Positions 35,672 through 44,131 of a stretch of 64,000 nucleotides of DNA are shown one piece after another. How positions within the stretch are numbered: position 1 is the stretch's first letter; the number at the start of each line of letters is the position of its first letter. A program made the translations under genes and the position numbers. Under the pieces are notes generated by a model. It ran no database searches. It had not been told where the DNA came from and was given only the letters and a program-made list of their open reading frames with translations. Source of the stretch: Steroidobacteraceae bacterium (GTDB lineage: Bacteria > Pseudomonadota > Gammaproteobacteria > Steroidobacterales > Steroidobacteraceae); the NCBI GenBank assembly GCA_035524495.1, contig DATKOR010000045.1:2862-66861 (forward strand), read 5' to 3'.

Positions 35672-37042
35672 TCAGCACTCGGGCACGTTCACCGCAAGTC
35701 CGCCCTGCGAGGTCTCCTTGTAGACCGCGGACATGTCTTCGCCCGTCTGGCGCATCGTCGCGATCACCTGGTCGAGCGTTACCTTGTGAGTGCCGTCGCC
35801 GCGCATCGCGAGCCGCGCGGCGTTGATCGCCTTGACCGCGCCCATCGCGTTGCGCTCGATGCACGGGATCTGGACGAGGCCCGCGATCGGATCGCAGGTG
35901 AGGCCGAGGTTGTGTTCCATGCCGATCTCGGCCGCGTTCTCGATCTGCTCGTTGGTGCCATTGAGGGCCGCGACGAGCCCGCCGGCCGCCATCGAGCACG
36001 CGACGCCGACCTCGCCCTGGCAGCCCATCTCGGCACCCGAGATCGAGGCGTTCTTCTTGTAGAGCATCCCGATCGCGCCGCCGACCAGCAGGAAGCGCAG
36101 CACGCCCTCGTCGGAGGCTCCGGGCTCGAAGCGCCGGTAATAGGTGAGGACGGCGGGCACGATGCCGGCGGCGCCATTGGTCGGCGCGGTGACGATGCGG
36201 CCACCGGCGGCGTTCTCTTCATTGACGGCGAGCGCGAACGCGTTGACCCAGTCCATGGCCTGCATCGGCGAGGCGCTGCCGGCCTCGGTCAGCTGCCGGT
36301 AGAGCTTGGGCGCTCGCCGGCGGACCTTGAGGACTCCGGGCAGCAGGCCCTGTGACTGAAATCCCCGCTCGATGCATGCCTGCATCACGCTCCAGATCGC
36401 ATGCAGCGCCGTGCGCGTCGCGGCCGGTTCGCGGAACGCGCCTTCGTTGGCCATCACGAGTTCGTGCAGTTCGAGCCCGCTGCCGCGGGCCATCTCGAGC
36501 AGCTGGTCCGCGGACTCGAACGGGTGCGGCACGCGGATCGCCGCCGCCGCCGCCGCCGGCGCGTCGAGCTCGTCGGCGCGCGCGACGAAGCCGCCGCCGG
36601 TGGAGTAATACTCCTCGCGGCACAACAGCTCGCCGCCGGCACCGAGCGCCGTGAAACGCATGCCGTTGGAGTGTCCGGGCAGGGTCTGGTCGCGGTGCCA
36701 CAGCACGTCCATCGGCTCGTCGAAGTTGATCTCCTTCGCGCCGGCGAGATGCAGCCGGCCGCTGCCGCGGATCCGCGCGAGCGCGGGCTCGACGATCGCG
36801 GGGTCGAGCCCCTCCGGGGCGTGGCCTTCGAGCCCGAGCAGGATCGCCCGGTCGGTGCAGTGCCCGCGGCCGGTCAGCGCCAGCGAGCCGTACAGCTGCA
36901 CGCCGACCTGGGTCGTGCGCCCGACGAGGTCCCTGGCCACCAGGTCCAGCACGAAGCGGCGCGCCGCGTTCATCGGGCCCATCGTGTGGGAACTCGAGGG
37001 TCCGATGCCGATCTTGAAGATGTCGAGAACGCTTAAGGTCAT
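35672..37042 (-). CDS. sdaA: L-serine ammonia-lyase (iron-sulfur dependent, single chain)
   Basis: Trimmed to [24 protein letters not shown]…, 456 aa, a canonical SdaA N-terminus. Confidence 0.93.
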   Translation of the reverse strand: MTLSVLDIFKIGIGPSSSHTMGPMNAARRFVLDLVARDLVGRTTQVGVQLYGSLALTGRGHCTDRAILLGLEGHAPEGLDPAIVEPALARIRGSGRLHLAGAKEINFDEPMDVLWHRDQTLPGHSNGMRFTALGAGGELLCREEYYSTGGGFVARADELDAPAAAAAAIRVPHPFESADQLLEMARGSGLELHELVMANEGAFREPAATRTALHAIWSVMQACIERGFQSQGLLPGVLKVRRRAPKLYRQLTEAGSASPMQAMDWVNAFALAVNEENAAGGRIVTAPTNGAAGIVPAVLTYYRRFEPGASDEGVLRFLLVGGAIGMLYKKNASISGAEMGCQGEVGVACSMAAGGLVAALNGTNEQIENAAEIGMEHNLGLTCDPIAGLVQIPCIERNAMGAVKAINAARLAMRGDGTHKVTLDQVIATMRQTGEDMSAVYKETSQGGLAVNVPEC

Positions 37043-37088
37043 GGTGGCAGTGTGACGTGATCGCAAGAGCGCCGCAAATGGCAGCTGC

Positions 37089-38150
37089 TCAATTCCCGGC
37101 CGCGCGCGCTGCGCGCTCGGCGCGCAGGCGCGCGAGCGACGCGTCGCGGCCCGCCTCGCGTGCCGCCGCCTCCAGCGCGTCGCGGTCGCGATAGTCGGGC
37201 AGGTTCACGGTGCCACCGCGCGCCCAGCAGGCCTCGACCTCAGCGAGCGCCTCGCCGCGCCGGCCGAGCGCGACGAGGCGCGCGACGAGGTCGTCGCCGA
37301 CCCGGTCCGCGAACCGCGCCTCGCCCCATTCGAGCGCGCGCGCCCGCAGCCAGCGCAAGTCGCCGGGGTCGCGCCCGTGCTGCGCGAGCCAGGCGCTCGC
37401 CTGCGTCCAGGCGTCCGCCGGCCGGCGCGCGCGCAACAGGCCATAGATCGCGTCGGCCCACGCTGCACGCTCGCAGTCGGCGCTGCGCTGCGCGCGCTCC
37501 CGATCGTGCTCCGGCGCCTGCCAGGCCTCGAGACCGAGCTCGTGGCGGCGCGCATACAACGCGCTGCCGAGCGTGGTCGCGAGCGAATAGAGGAGAAACT
37601 GCGCGAGCGCGAACAGCGCGGCCGGCGGCAGGCGCGGCGCCACCGCCGCGAGCGCCGCGCAGTAGAGGGCGCCGAGGGCGAGCAGGAGGGCGTAGTGCGC
37701 GCCGAGCCCTGCGGCGATGCGCAGCAGAGCCGGCGGCCACACCGCCCGCGCAGTGCTCCCTTCCACCGCCAGCAGCGCCAGCGAGGCCGGCAACGTCAGC
37801 AGCGCGAACGCGCCGACGCCGATCGCCGCCCAGGCGCCGAGGTGCGTGCCGAGAAAGCCGGCGAGGCTCGCGGCGCCGGCGAGCAGCAGCAGCTGCAGCA
37901 AGGGGCGCGGCTCGTGCCACGGGTTGGCCGACTCGATCGACAGGACCGGCAGCGGCAGCCCGTGCGCGACCGCGCTCACCAGCAGGAACGCATAGGTCCA
38001 GACCCATGACAGCGCGAGCAGCAGCAGCGGCAGGCCGATGAGCCCGGCCGCGACGGCGAGCGCGAACAGCACGGTCGTCACCGCAACCAGCGCGAGTGGC
38101 GGGCCGGCGAGGGGACGCAACGCGCCGCGCGCAATCAGGTCGTGCCACAT
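37089..38150 (-). CDS. Integral membrane protein with cytoplasmic helical C-terminal domain, unknown function
   Basis: 353 aa. About 6 hydrophobic helices in the first 200 aa, then an Arg/Ala/Trp-rich helical region. The frame is supported by hydrophobic periodicity. Confidence 0.55.
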   Translation of the reverse strand: MWHDLIARGALRPLAGPPLALVAVTTVLFALAVAAGLIGLPLLLLALSWVWTYAFLLVSAVAHGLPLPVLSIESANPWHEPRPLLQLLLLAGAASLAGFLGTHLGAWAAIGVGAFALLTLPASLALLAVEGSTARAVWPPALLRIAAGLGAHYALLLALGALYCAALAAVAPRLPPAALFALAQFLLYSLATTLGSALYARRHELGLEAWQAPEHDRERAQRSADCERAAWADAIYGLLRARRPADAWTQASAWLAQHGRDPGDLRWLRARALEWGEARFADRVGDDLVARLVALGRRGEALAEVEACWARGGTVNLPDYRDRDALEAAAREAGRDASLARLRAERAARAAGN

Positions 38151-38203
38151 CCGATAATTATGCGCCGCGCCCTCGGCGTGGCATCCGATAGAATGCGGCT
38201 GTC

Positions 38204-38821
38204 ATGGCGGATCCTGCGAGCGAGGTGGTGAGCGGGCGGCTGGCGCGCGCGGTGTGCGTGTACTGCGCCTCGAGCAGCCGTTGCGATCCCGAATACCATG
38301 CCGCGGCGCGCGAACTCGGCACGCGCCTGGCGGCCGACGGCCGCACGATCGTCTACGGCGGCAGCCGCATCGGCTCGATGGGTGCGCTCGCCGACGGGGC
38401 GCTCGCCGGTGGCGGCCGGGTCATCGGCGTGCTGCCGCGGTTCCTCAAGGATCTCGAGGTCTCTCACGACGGACTCAGCGAGCTGCACATTGTCGAGGAC
38501 ATGCGCGCGCGCAAGCACCTGATGCTGTCGCGCAGCGAGGCGGTCGTGGCACTGCCGGGCGGCTGCGGTACCTTCGAGGAGCTGCTCGAGGCGATGACGC
38601 TCAAGCGCCTCGGCGTCTACGTCGGGCCGATCGTCATCGTCAACACGCGCGGCTACTTCGCGCCGCTGCTCGCGCTGCTCGAGTCGGCCGTGCGCGAGCG
38701 ATTCATGGACGAGCGCCACCTCGCGATGTGGCAGGTCGTCGCGACGCCCGTCGAGGTCATCGCGGCGCTCGCGAGCGCGCCGCCCTGGAGCGTCGAGGCG
38801 CGCCGCTTCGCGACGCTGTAG
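38204..38821 (+). CDS. LOG-family (TIGR00730-type) nucleotide phosphoribohydrolase
   Basis: 205 aa with VCVYCASS…, GGSRIGSMG, and the PGGCGTFEELLE motif (PGGxGTxxE). Confidence 0.88.
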   Translation: MADPASEVVSGRLARAVCVYCASSSRCDPEYHAAARELGTRLAADGRTIVYGGSRIGSMGALADGALAGGGRVIGVLPRFLKDLEVSHDGLSELHIVEDMRARKHLMLSRSEAVVALPGGCGTFEELLEAMTLKRLGVYVGPIVIVNTRGYFAPLLALLESAVRERFMDERHLAMWQVVATPVEVIAALASAPPWSVEARRFATL

Positions 38822-38996
38822 CCTGCGGTACGCCGCGCGCAAGCGGTTGATTACGCAGGCGCGCGAATCGCGCGCGGCGAAACATCTGTATCCACTGTGC
38901 CAATGGCGCTGCGCGCCGCGCGGGCGCACCCTTGCGCTGTCCACCCAGGACAACGCGGCGAACCCGGCCGCAGTGGGTGGGAGGAAGGAGGATGCC

Positions 38997-39449
38997 ATGC
39001 TTGCCCGTGATCTCTTCCCAGTAAAGGCCTTCGAAGGCTATTTCGATCGGTTTGAACCGTTCTTCAGCGGCGATTTCATGCCACGCATCGCATGGCCGCG
39101 GAAGCTCGACATTACGGCCGAATGGCGTCCGAGTGCCGACATCATCGAGAAGAAGGACGAATACCTCGTCAAGGCGGAGCTGCCTGAAGTCAAGAAGGAA
39201 GACGTCAAGATCGACGTCGTCGATGGTCTTTTGAAGCTGCGCGGCGAGCGCAAGCTGGAAGTCGACGAGAAGAAGGACACCGTGCATCGCGTCGAGACGT
39301 TCTATGGCAAGTTCGTACGTACCTTTGAGCTGCCCGAGAACGTAGACGTCACGAAGATCCGTGCCGAGTGTGCGGATGGCGTGCTGACGGTCCACATTCC
39401 GAAAGTGGTTGCGGCAATGCCGAAGCCGATCGAGATCGCGGTCCAGTAA
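38997..39449 (+). CDS. Hsp20/alpha-crystallin small heat-shock protein
   Basis: Trimmed to MLARDLFP…, preceded by GGAGGAAGGAGG. 150 aa with the alpha-crystallin core (DIIEKKDEYLVKAELPEVKKEDVKIDV…GVLTVHIPK). Confidence 0.9.
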   Translation: MLARDLFPVKAFEGYFDRFEPFFSGDFMPRIAWPRKLDITAEWRPSADIIEKKDEYLVKAELPEVKKEDVKIDVVDGLLKLRGERKLEVDEKKDTVHRVETFYGKFVRTFELPENVDVTKIRAECADGVLTVHIPKVVAAMPKPIEIAVQ

Positions 39450-39475
39450 CGAACCCCGAATCGAGCGAGGTCTGA

Positions 39476-39513
39476 GCGGGGCGGGCGCCGACGGGGCCCG
39501 CCCCGCGCTTTAT
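39476..39513 (+). terminator. Rho-independent-type terminator after the hsp20 gene
   Basis: GCGGGGCGGGC (39476-39486) and GCCCGCCCCGC (39496-39506) form an 11-bp perfect stem with a 9-nt loop, followed by GCTTTAT. Confidence 0.6.
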
Positions 39514-39581
39514 GCGCGGTCCGCGCTCCAGCCGGATCACGTAGAATCGAACCGAACAACGGGATATTCGCGGGGGCCGGC

Positions 39582-39830
39582 ATGTCCAGCGACGATATCA
39601 ACGCCTTACTGAAGCGCCTGCACGAGGAACTCGCCCGGGCGACGACCCTGGACGCCGAGTCGCGCCGGCTGGTCGGCGTCGTGGTCGCCGACATCCAGAA
39701 GCTCGGCGGCGCCTCGCCCTCGACGCCCGGGGGAGCCGAGGCCCTGGCGGTGCGCTTCGAGGCCGACCATCCGGGGGTCGCTGCGGCGCTGCGCCAGCTC
39801 GGCGACCTGCTCGGCAAGGCCGGGATCTGA
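39582..39830 (+). CDS. DUF4404-like small protein
   Basis: 82 aa. The LLKRLHEEL…FEADHPGVAAALRQLGDLLGKAGI pattern is typical of DUF4404. Confidence 0.65.
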   Translation: MSSDDINALLKRLHEELARATTLDAESRRLVGVVVADIQKLGGASPSTPGGAEALAVRFEADHPGVAAALRQLGDLLGKAGI

Positions 39831-39833
39831 CCG

Positions 39834-40343
39834 ATGGCGCCGGCCGCGGCCGCGCGCGCGGTCGACCTGCGTACCGCAACCGCGGCCGACGTCGAGTTCG
39901 TATTCGCGACCGAGCGCCTGCCCGGCTACGAGTGGCTGACCGCGCGTTGGACGCGCGAGGAGCATCTCGCGGCGCTCGCGCGCGCCGATACGCGCTACCT
40001 CGTCGGCGGCTGGGCGGGCGAGCCCCTGCAGGGCTTCTCGATCCTGCAGCCGCTCGCCGACCCGCACGAAGGGGCCAAGCTCAAGCGGATCTGCGTGACG
40101 CAGCCGGGCGAAGGCTTCGGGGGGCCGTTCCTCGAAGCGACGATCCGCTGGGTGTTCACGGCGACCGCGAACGATCGCCTGTGGCTCGACGTCTTCTGCC
40201 ACAACGAGCGCGCCCGCCGGGCCTACCGGCGCGCGGGAATGCGCGAGGACGGCCTGCTGAGGCAGGCCTACCGGATGCCCGACGGCAGCCGCGCCGACCG
40301 CATGATCATGTCGATCCTCAGTAGCGAATGGCGCGCCGCGTGA
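39834..40343 (+). CDS. GNAT-family N-acetyltransferase
   Basis: 169 aa with acetyl-CoA motif-A-like QPGEGFGGPFLEATI and NERARRAYRRAGMRE. Confidence 0.8.
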   Translation: MAPAAAARAVDLRTATAADVEFVFATERLPGYEWLTARWTREEHLAALARADTRYLVGGWAGEPLQGFSILQPLADPHEGAKLKRICVTQPGEGFGGPFLEATIRWVFTATANDRLWLDVFCHNERARRAYRRAGMREDGLLRQAYRMPDGSRADRMIMSILSSEWRAA

Positions 40344-41077
40344 CTCGCGCGTGGCCGGGGGCTGCGCTCGCGCTCGCGGCGGGGCTCGCGCACGCGGCGC
40401 CCGAGACCCCGGTCGCGCCGGCCGCCGCCCCGGAAGGCGTCGTGACGCGGCTGCCGACCCGCGAGAAGGTCGTTGCGCTGACCTTCGACGCCTGCCAGGC
40501 GGGCGAGCGCATGCACCTCGACCACGGCATCACCGACTTCCTGGTGGGGCGGCGGATTCCGTTCACCGTGTTCATGGGTGGGCGCTTCGCCCGCGACAAC
40601 GCGGATGAGGTGCGCGCGCTCGCGCGCAATGACTTCGTCTCGATCCAGAACCACTCGTGGAGCCACCCGGCCGACATGCGCCTCGTCGACGACGAGCGCG
40701 TACGGACGGAAGTGCGGCGTGCCGAGGCGATGCTGACGCAGGTGACCGGCCAGCGCCCGACGCTGTTCCGCTTTCCCGGCGGCAACGCCGACGAGCGCAC
40801 CGTCGCACTGGTGCGCGCGCTCGGGTATCAGGTCGTGCACTGGCGCTGGGCCGAGGGTGATCCGTCGCCGACCGTCGATGCCGAGCGGCTCGTTCAGCAG
40901 ACGCTCTCGCGCACGCGCCCCGGCGACATCCTGATCTTCCACGTCAATGGTCGCGGCTGGCACACGGCCGAGGCCCTGCCGCGGATCGTCGAGGGTCTCG
41001 CGGCGCGCGGATATCGCTTCGTGACGGTCCCGCAGGGGCTGGCCGCGGCCGGTCAGACCTTGCCGCCGGTGCGGTAG
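40328..41077 (+). CDS. Polysaccharide deacetylase (NodB-homology) family protein, secreted
   Basis: 249 aa with signal peptide. NodB motifs TFDAC…, HSWSHP, FRFPGG. Overlaps the GNAT gene by 16 nt. Confidence 0.85.
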   Translation: MARRVTRAWPGAALALAAGLAHAAPETPVAPAAAPEGVVTRLPTREKVVALTFDACQAGERMHLDHGITDFLVGRRIPFTVFMGGRFARDNADEVRALARNDFVSIQNHSWSHPADMRLVDDERVRTEVRRAEAMLTQVTGQRPTLFRFPGGNADERTVALVRALGYQVVHWRWAEGDPSPTVDAERLVQQTLSRTRPGDILIFHVNGRGWHTAEALPRIVEGLAARGYRFVTVPQGLAAAGQTLPPVR

Positions 41078-41529
41078 AGGTAGTTCTCGAGGTCGCGCAT
41101 CTGCAGCGCGAGGCGCCGCTGCACCTTGTGCGCGGCGCGCATGATGGCGCGCATCACCTTGTAAACGACGCGCGGCTCGGTCTCGACGAGCGTCTCGAAG
41201 TCGCGGCGGTCGAGCACCAGCACCTCGGTCGCGCCGGAGGCGACCAGCGCCGCGTAGCGGGGCTCATCGTCCATGAACGACAGTTCGCCCACGAGATCGC
41301 CGGGCTCGAGCGTGTGCAGCAGCGAGCGGCCGTGCGGCGAATCCTTCAGCACGTCGATGCGGCCGTGGATCACGACGTGCAGGTGTCCGTCGCGCCGGCC
41401 CTCGGGGATCAGCACCTCGCCATCGCCGAGCGCCTTGATGCGCACCAAGGCGCCGAGCACCTGCGTCTCGGCGGGCGTCAGTTCGGTCGCGAGCGGGCTC
41501 GCGCGCAGGGCGTCGATGATGCTGGTCAT
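41053..41529 (-). CDS. Stand-alone cyclic-nucleotide-binding domain protein
   Basis: Trimmed to MTSIIDALRASPLA…, 158 aa. cNMP-binding signature GDLVGELSFMDDEPRYAALVA. Its 3' end overlaps the convergent deacetylase gene by 25 nt. Confidence 0.8.
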   Translation of the reverse strand: MTSIIDALRASPLATELTPAETQVLGALVRIKALGDGEVLIPEGRRDGHLHVVIHGRIDVLKDSPHGRSLLHTLEPGDLVGELSFMDDEPRYAALVASGATEVLVLDRRDFETLVETEPRVVYKVMRAIMRAAHKVQRRLALQMRDLENYLYRTGGKV

Positions 41530-41612
41530 GGGCCGACTCCGGGGCCGCTGGGGACGGCTCACTATCGCCAATCCCAGCCCGGCGATCGTCCGGGGTTGCC
41601 GCAACGCCCGGG

Positions 41613-42545
41613 CTAAGGCGGGGCGGCGAGGAACCGCAGGTAGGCCCGTGCCGTGGCGCGCGGCCGCTCGATCATCGGCACGTGGCCGGTTGCCGCCATC
41701 AGGTCGACCTCGGCGCGTGCGATCCGCGCCTGCAGCGCCCCCGCTGCGGCGGGGTTCAGGATGCGGTCGTCCTGGCCCCAGACGACCAGCGTCGGCGCGC
41801 GGATCAGCGACAGGCGGTCCTCAAGCGTCGGTGACTCGAGGCCGATTTCGCGGAAGATGCGCGCATGCAGTGCGAGATCGCCGACCGCGCGCAGTGCCAG
41901 GGTGTGCCTGAGTGAGTAGGGCAGCGGCGGCGGACGGTGCATCACCGCATGGAGCAGCGCACCGTAGTCCTCGACCCGATGGAGGAGGAGCGGCAGTTCG
42001 CCGGTCGCGAGGTAGTGCTTGATGACCGCGGTCTCGTGCGCAAGCGCGGTGCCCGCGGCATCGAGCAGCCAGAGGCTCCGTACCGCGTCGGGGTAGGTTG
42101 CGGCGTACTGCGCGGCGATGAAGCCGCCCATCGAGTTGCCGCCGAGGTGCACTGCGTCAAGCCCGAGCCCGACGATGAAGGCCCGCAGCCGCTCGACCTG
42201 CGCATCGATGTGGTAGCTGGCCGTCGGGTCGCGGCCGGCGTCACCGAAACCCGGCAGGTCCGGAATGATCAGCCGCAGATGCGAACCGAGGTGCGCGGCG
42301 AGGCGCGTGAAGTTGTCCTTGTCGCCGCCAAAGCCGTGCACGAGCACGAGCGGCTCGCCGCGCCCGCCGTCGAGATAGGGCATCTCGAATCCCGCGACGC
42401 GGGCGCGCCGCAGCGACAGCCCGGCGCGCCGCCGCTCGAGCGCGAGCCAGCCGCGGGCGGCAACCGCCGGCGCCAGCCGGTCCACGATGACGATCGCGGC
42501 TGCGACGCCAGCGAGCCCGACCGCGATGGCGACGATGGTCGGCAT
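41613..42545 (-). CDS. Alpha/beta-fold hydrolase (esterase/lipase type), membrane-anchored
   Basis: 310 aa with N-terminal TM helix. HGFGG oxyanion region, nucleophile elbow GNSMGG, and a C-terminal …GHVPMIE His. Confidence 0.85.
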   Translation of the reverse strand: MPTIVAIAVGLAGVAAAIVIVDRLAPAVAARGWLALERRRAGLSLRRARVAGFEMPYLDGGRGEPLVLVHGFGGDKDNFTRLAAHLGSHLRLIIPDLPGFGDAGRDPTASYHIDAQVERLRAFIVGLGLDAVHLGGNSMGGFIAAQYAATYPDAVRSLWLLDAAGTALAHETAVIKHYLATGELPLLLHRVEDYGALLHAVMHRPPPLPYSLRHTLALRAVGDLALHARIFREIGLESPTLEDRLSLIRAPTLVVWGQDDRILNPAAAGALQARIARAEVDLMAATGHVPMIERPRATARAYLRFLAAPP

Positions 42546-44089
42546 CAGCGCGCATCCTCGCCGGCGAGCGCGGCACGGCCAGGCGCGCTCGCCGGCCCTT
42601 GCTCGAAGTCATAGTCATCGAACCGCGGACGCCTGAGCTCGAGCACGTAGCGGGTGATGTAGCCGGGATAGGCCGCGAACACCTTGCCGGACGCATTCTT
42701 GTACCAGCTCGAGCAGGCGGGCGAGGCCCAGACGGTCGCCGCCATCCGCCGCTGCAGCTCGACGTTGTGTCGCGCCATGACCTCGGCCCGCACCTCGAGC
42801 GACTGCGCCCGGCGTCGCTCGGTCTCGCGTATGCAGGCGAGCGTGTAGCGCGCCTGCGCCTCGATCGGAATCAGCACCGAGATGTGGCCGGTGCCGGTAT
42901 TGGGGCCGAGCAGCAGGAACAGGTTGGGGAAGCCCGCGACCGTCACGCCGTGGTACGCCTCGGGCCCTTCGCGCCAGGCCGCGGCGAGCGTGCGGCCGCC
43001 ACGGCCCGCGATCGGCAGTTTCGCGAGCGGATCGAGAGTCTCGAAGCCGGTCGCGCAGACGATTGCGTCGACCTCGTGGTGGCGGCCGTCCGCACCAGTG
43101 ACGCCGCTCGCCGTGAAGCCCGCCGCGGCCTGCGCGACGAGCTCGACGTTCGGTCGCGTCAGTGCCGGGTAGAAGTCGCTCGCGACCAGGATGCGCTTGC
43201 AGCCCATCGGGTAGTCGGGCCTGAGCTTCGCGCGCAGCGCGGGATCCGCGACCTGCTTCTCGAGGTGCGTGCGCGCCATGTGCGTCAGCAGCCGGTACAT
43301 CGGCCCGCGGCCCTTGAACGCCGCGAAGTTCGCCTCGAACCGCCAGTAGAGCCAGCCGCGGTAGGCGCGCGCGATCAGCCGGTTGCGGAACAGCCGCTTC
43401 GCGAGCGCGCCGAACGGATGGTCCGGGCGCGCGACGATCCAGGAGGGCGAGCGCTGGAACACCGTCAGCTTCGCGGCACGCGCGGCGAGCGGCGGCACGA
43501 CCTGCACGGCGCTCGCGGCACTGCCGATCACCGCGACGCGCTTGCCCCCGAAGTCGTAGGCGTGGTCCCAGCGCGCGGTGTGCATGACCGTGCCGCGGAA
43601 CGCCTCGACCCCGGGCGGCAGCCGCGGGTGGTTCAGCGGGCCGAGGCTGAGCACGAAGTGGCGCGGCCGGTAGCTGCGGCCGGTCGAGGTCTTCAGCTGC
43701 CAGCGGCCGGCGCGCTCATCGAACGCGGCGCTCGTGACGGTCGTTGCCAGCTCGATGTGCGGGCCGATCGCGTAGCGGCGCACGCAGTGCTCGACGTAGG
43801 CCTGGATCTCGGCGCTCGGCGCGAACGCCCGCGTCCAGTCGGGCTTGAGTTCGAACGAGAAGCTGTAGAGGTGCGAGGGCACGTCGCACTGCGCGCCCGG
43901 ATAGCTGTTGTCCCACCAGGTGCCGCCGACGCCTCGCGACTGCTCGAGCACGACGAACGAGTCGAGACCGGCGCGTTTGAGCGTAATGGCCATCGCGATC
44001 CCGGACATGCCGGCACCGACGATGACGATCTCAGGATCTGCGCCGTCGCGGCGGCGCAAGGCGCCGGACGAGGCGTCGCGTTCTGTCAT
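42545..44089 (-). CDS. Baeyer-Villiger-type flavin monooxygenase
   Basis: 514 aa with FAD fold GAGMSG. BVMO fingerprint FRGTVMHTARWD (FxGxxxHxxxW[D/P], nt 43565-43600). Second dinucleotide fold VIGSAASAVQ. Its stop shares 1 nt with the downstream hydrolase start. Confidence 0.88.
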   Translation of the reverse strand: MTERDASSGALRRRDGADPEIVIVGAGMSGIAMAITLKRAGLDSFVVLEQSRGVGGTWWDNSYPGAQCDVPSHLYSFSFELKPDWTRAFAPSAEIQAYVEHCVRRYAIGPHIELATTVTSAAFDERAGRWQLKTSTGRSYRPRHFVLSLGPLNHPRLPPGVEAFRGTVMHTARWDHAYDFGGKRVAVIGSAASAVQVVPPLAARAAKLTVFQRSPSWIVARPDHPFGALAKRLFRNRLIARAYRGWLYWRFEANFAAFKGRGPMYRLLTHMARTHLEKQVADPALRAKLRPDYPMGCKRILVASDFYPALTRPNVELVAQAAAGFTASGVTGADGRHHEVDAIVCATGFETLDPLAKLPIAGRGGRTLAAAWREGPEAYHGVTVAGFPNLFLLLGPNTGTGHISVLIPIEAQARYTLACIRETERRRAQSLEVRAEVMARHNVELQRRMAATVWASPACSSWYKNASGKVFAAYPGYITRYVLELRRPRFDDYDFEQGPASAPGRAALAGEDAR

Positions 44090-44131
44090 CGAGGGGCTCC
44101 GGATGCGACTCGGGCGCCGAGTATGACGCGC

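Noticed and set aside
38822-38996. I searched the hsp20 upstream region for a sigma32 promoter (CTTGAA-N13-15-CCCCATnT) or a ROSE-type thermometer.
   Set aside because: The only fragments found (CCCTTGCG, CCACCCAG) are at the wrong spacing. I could not identify a convincing U(U/C)GCU anti-SD element.
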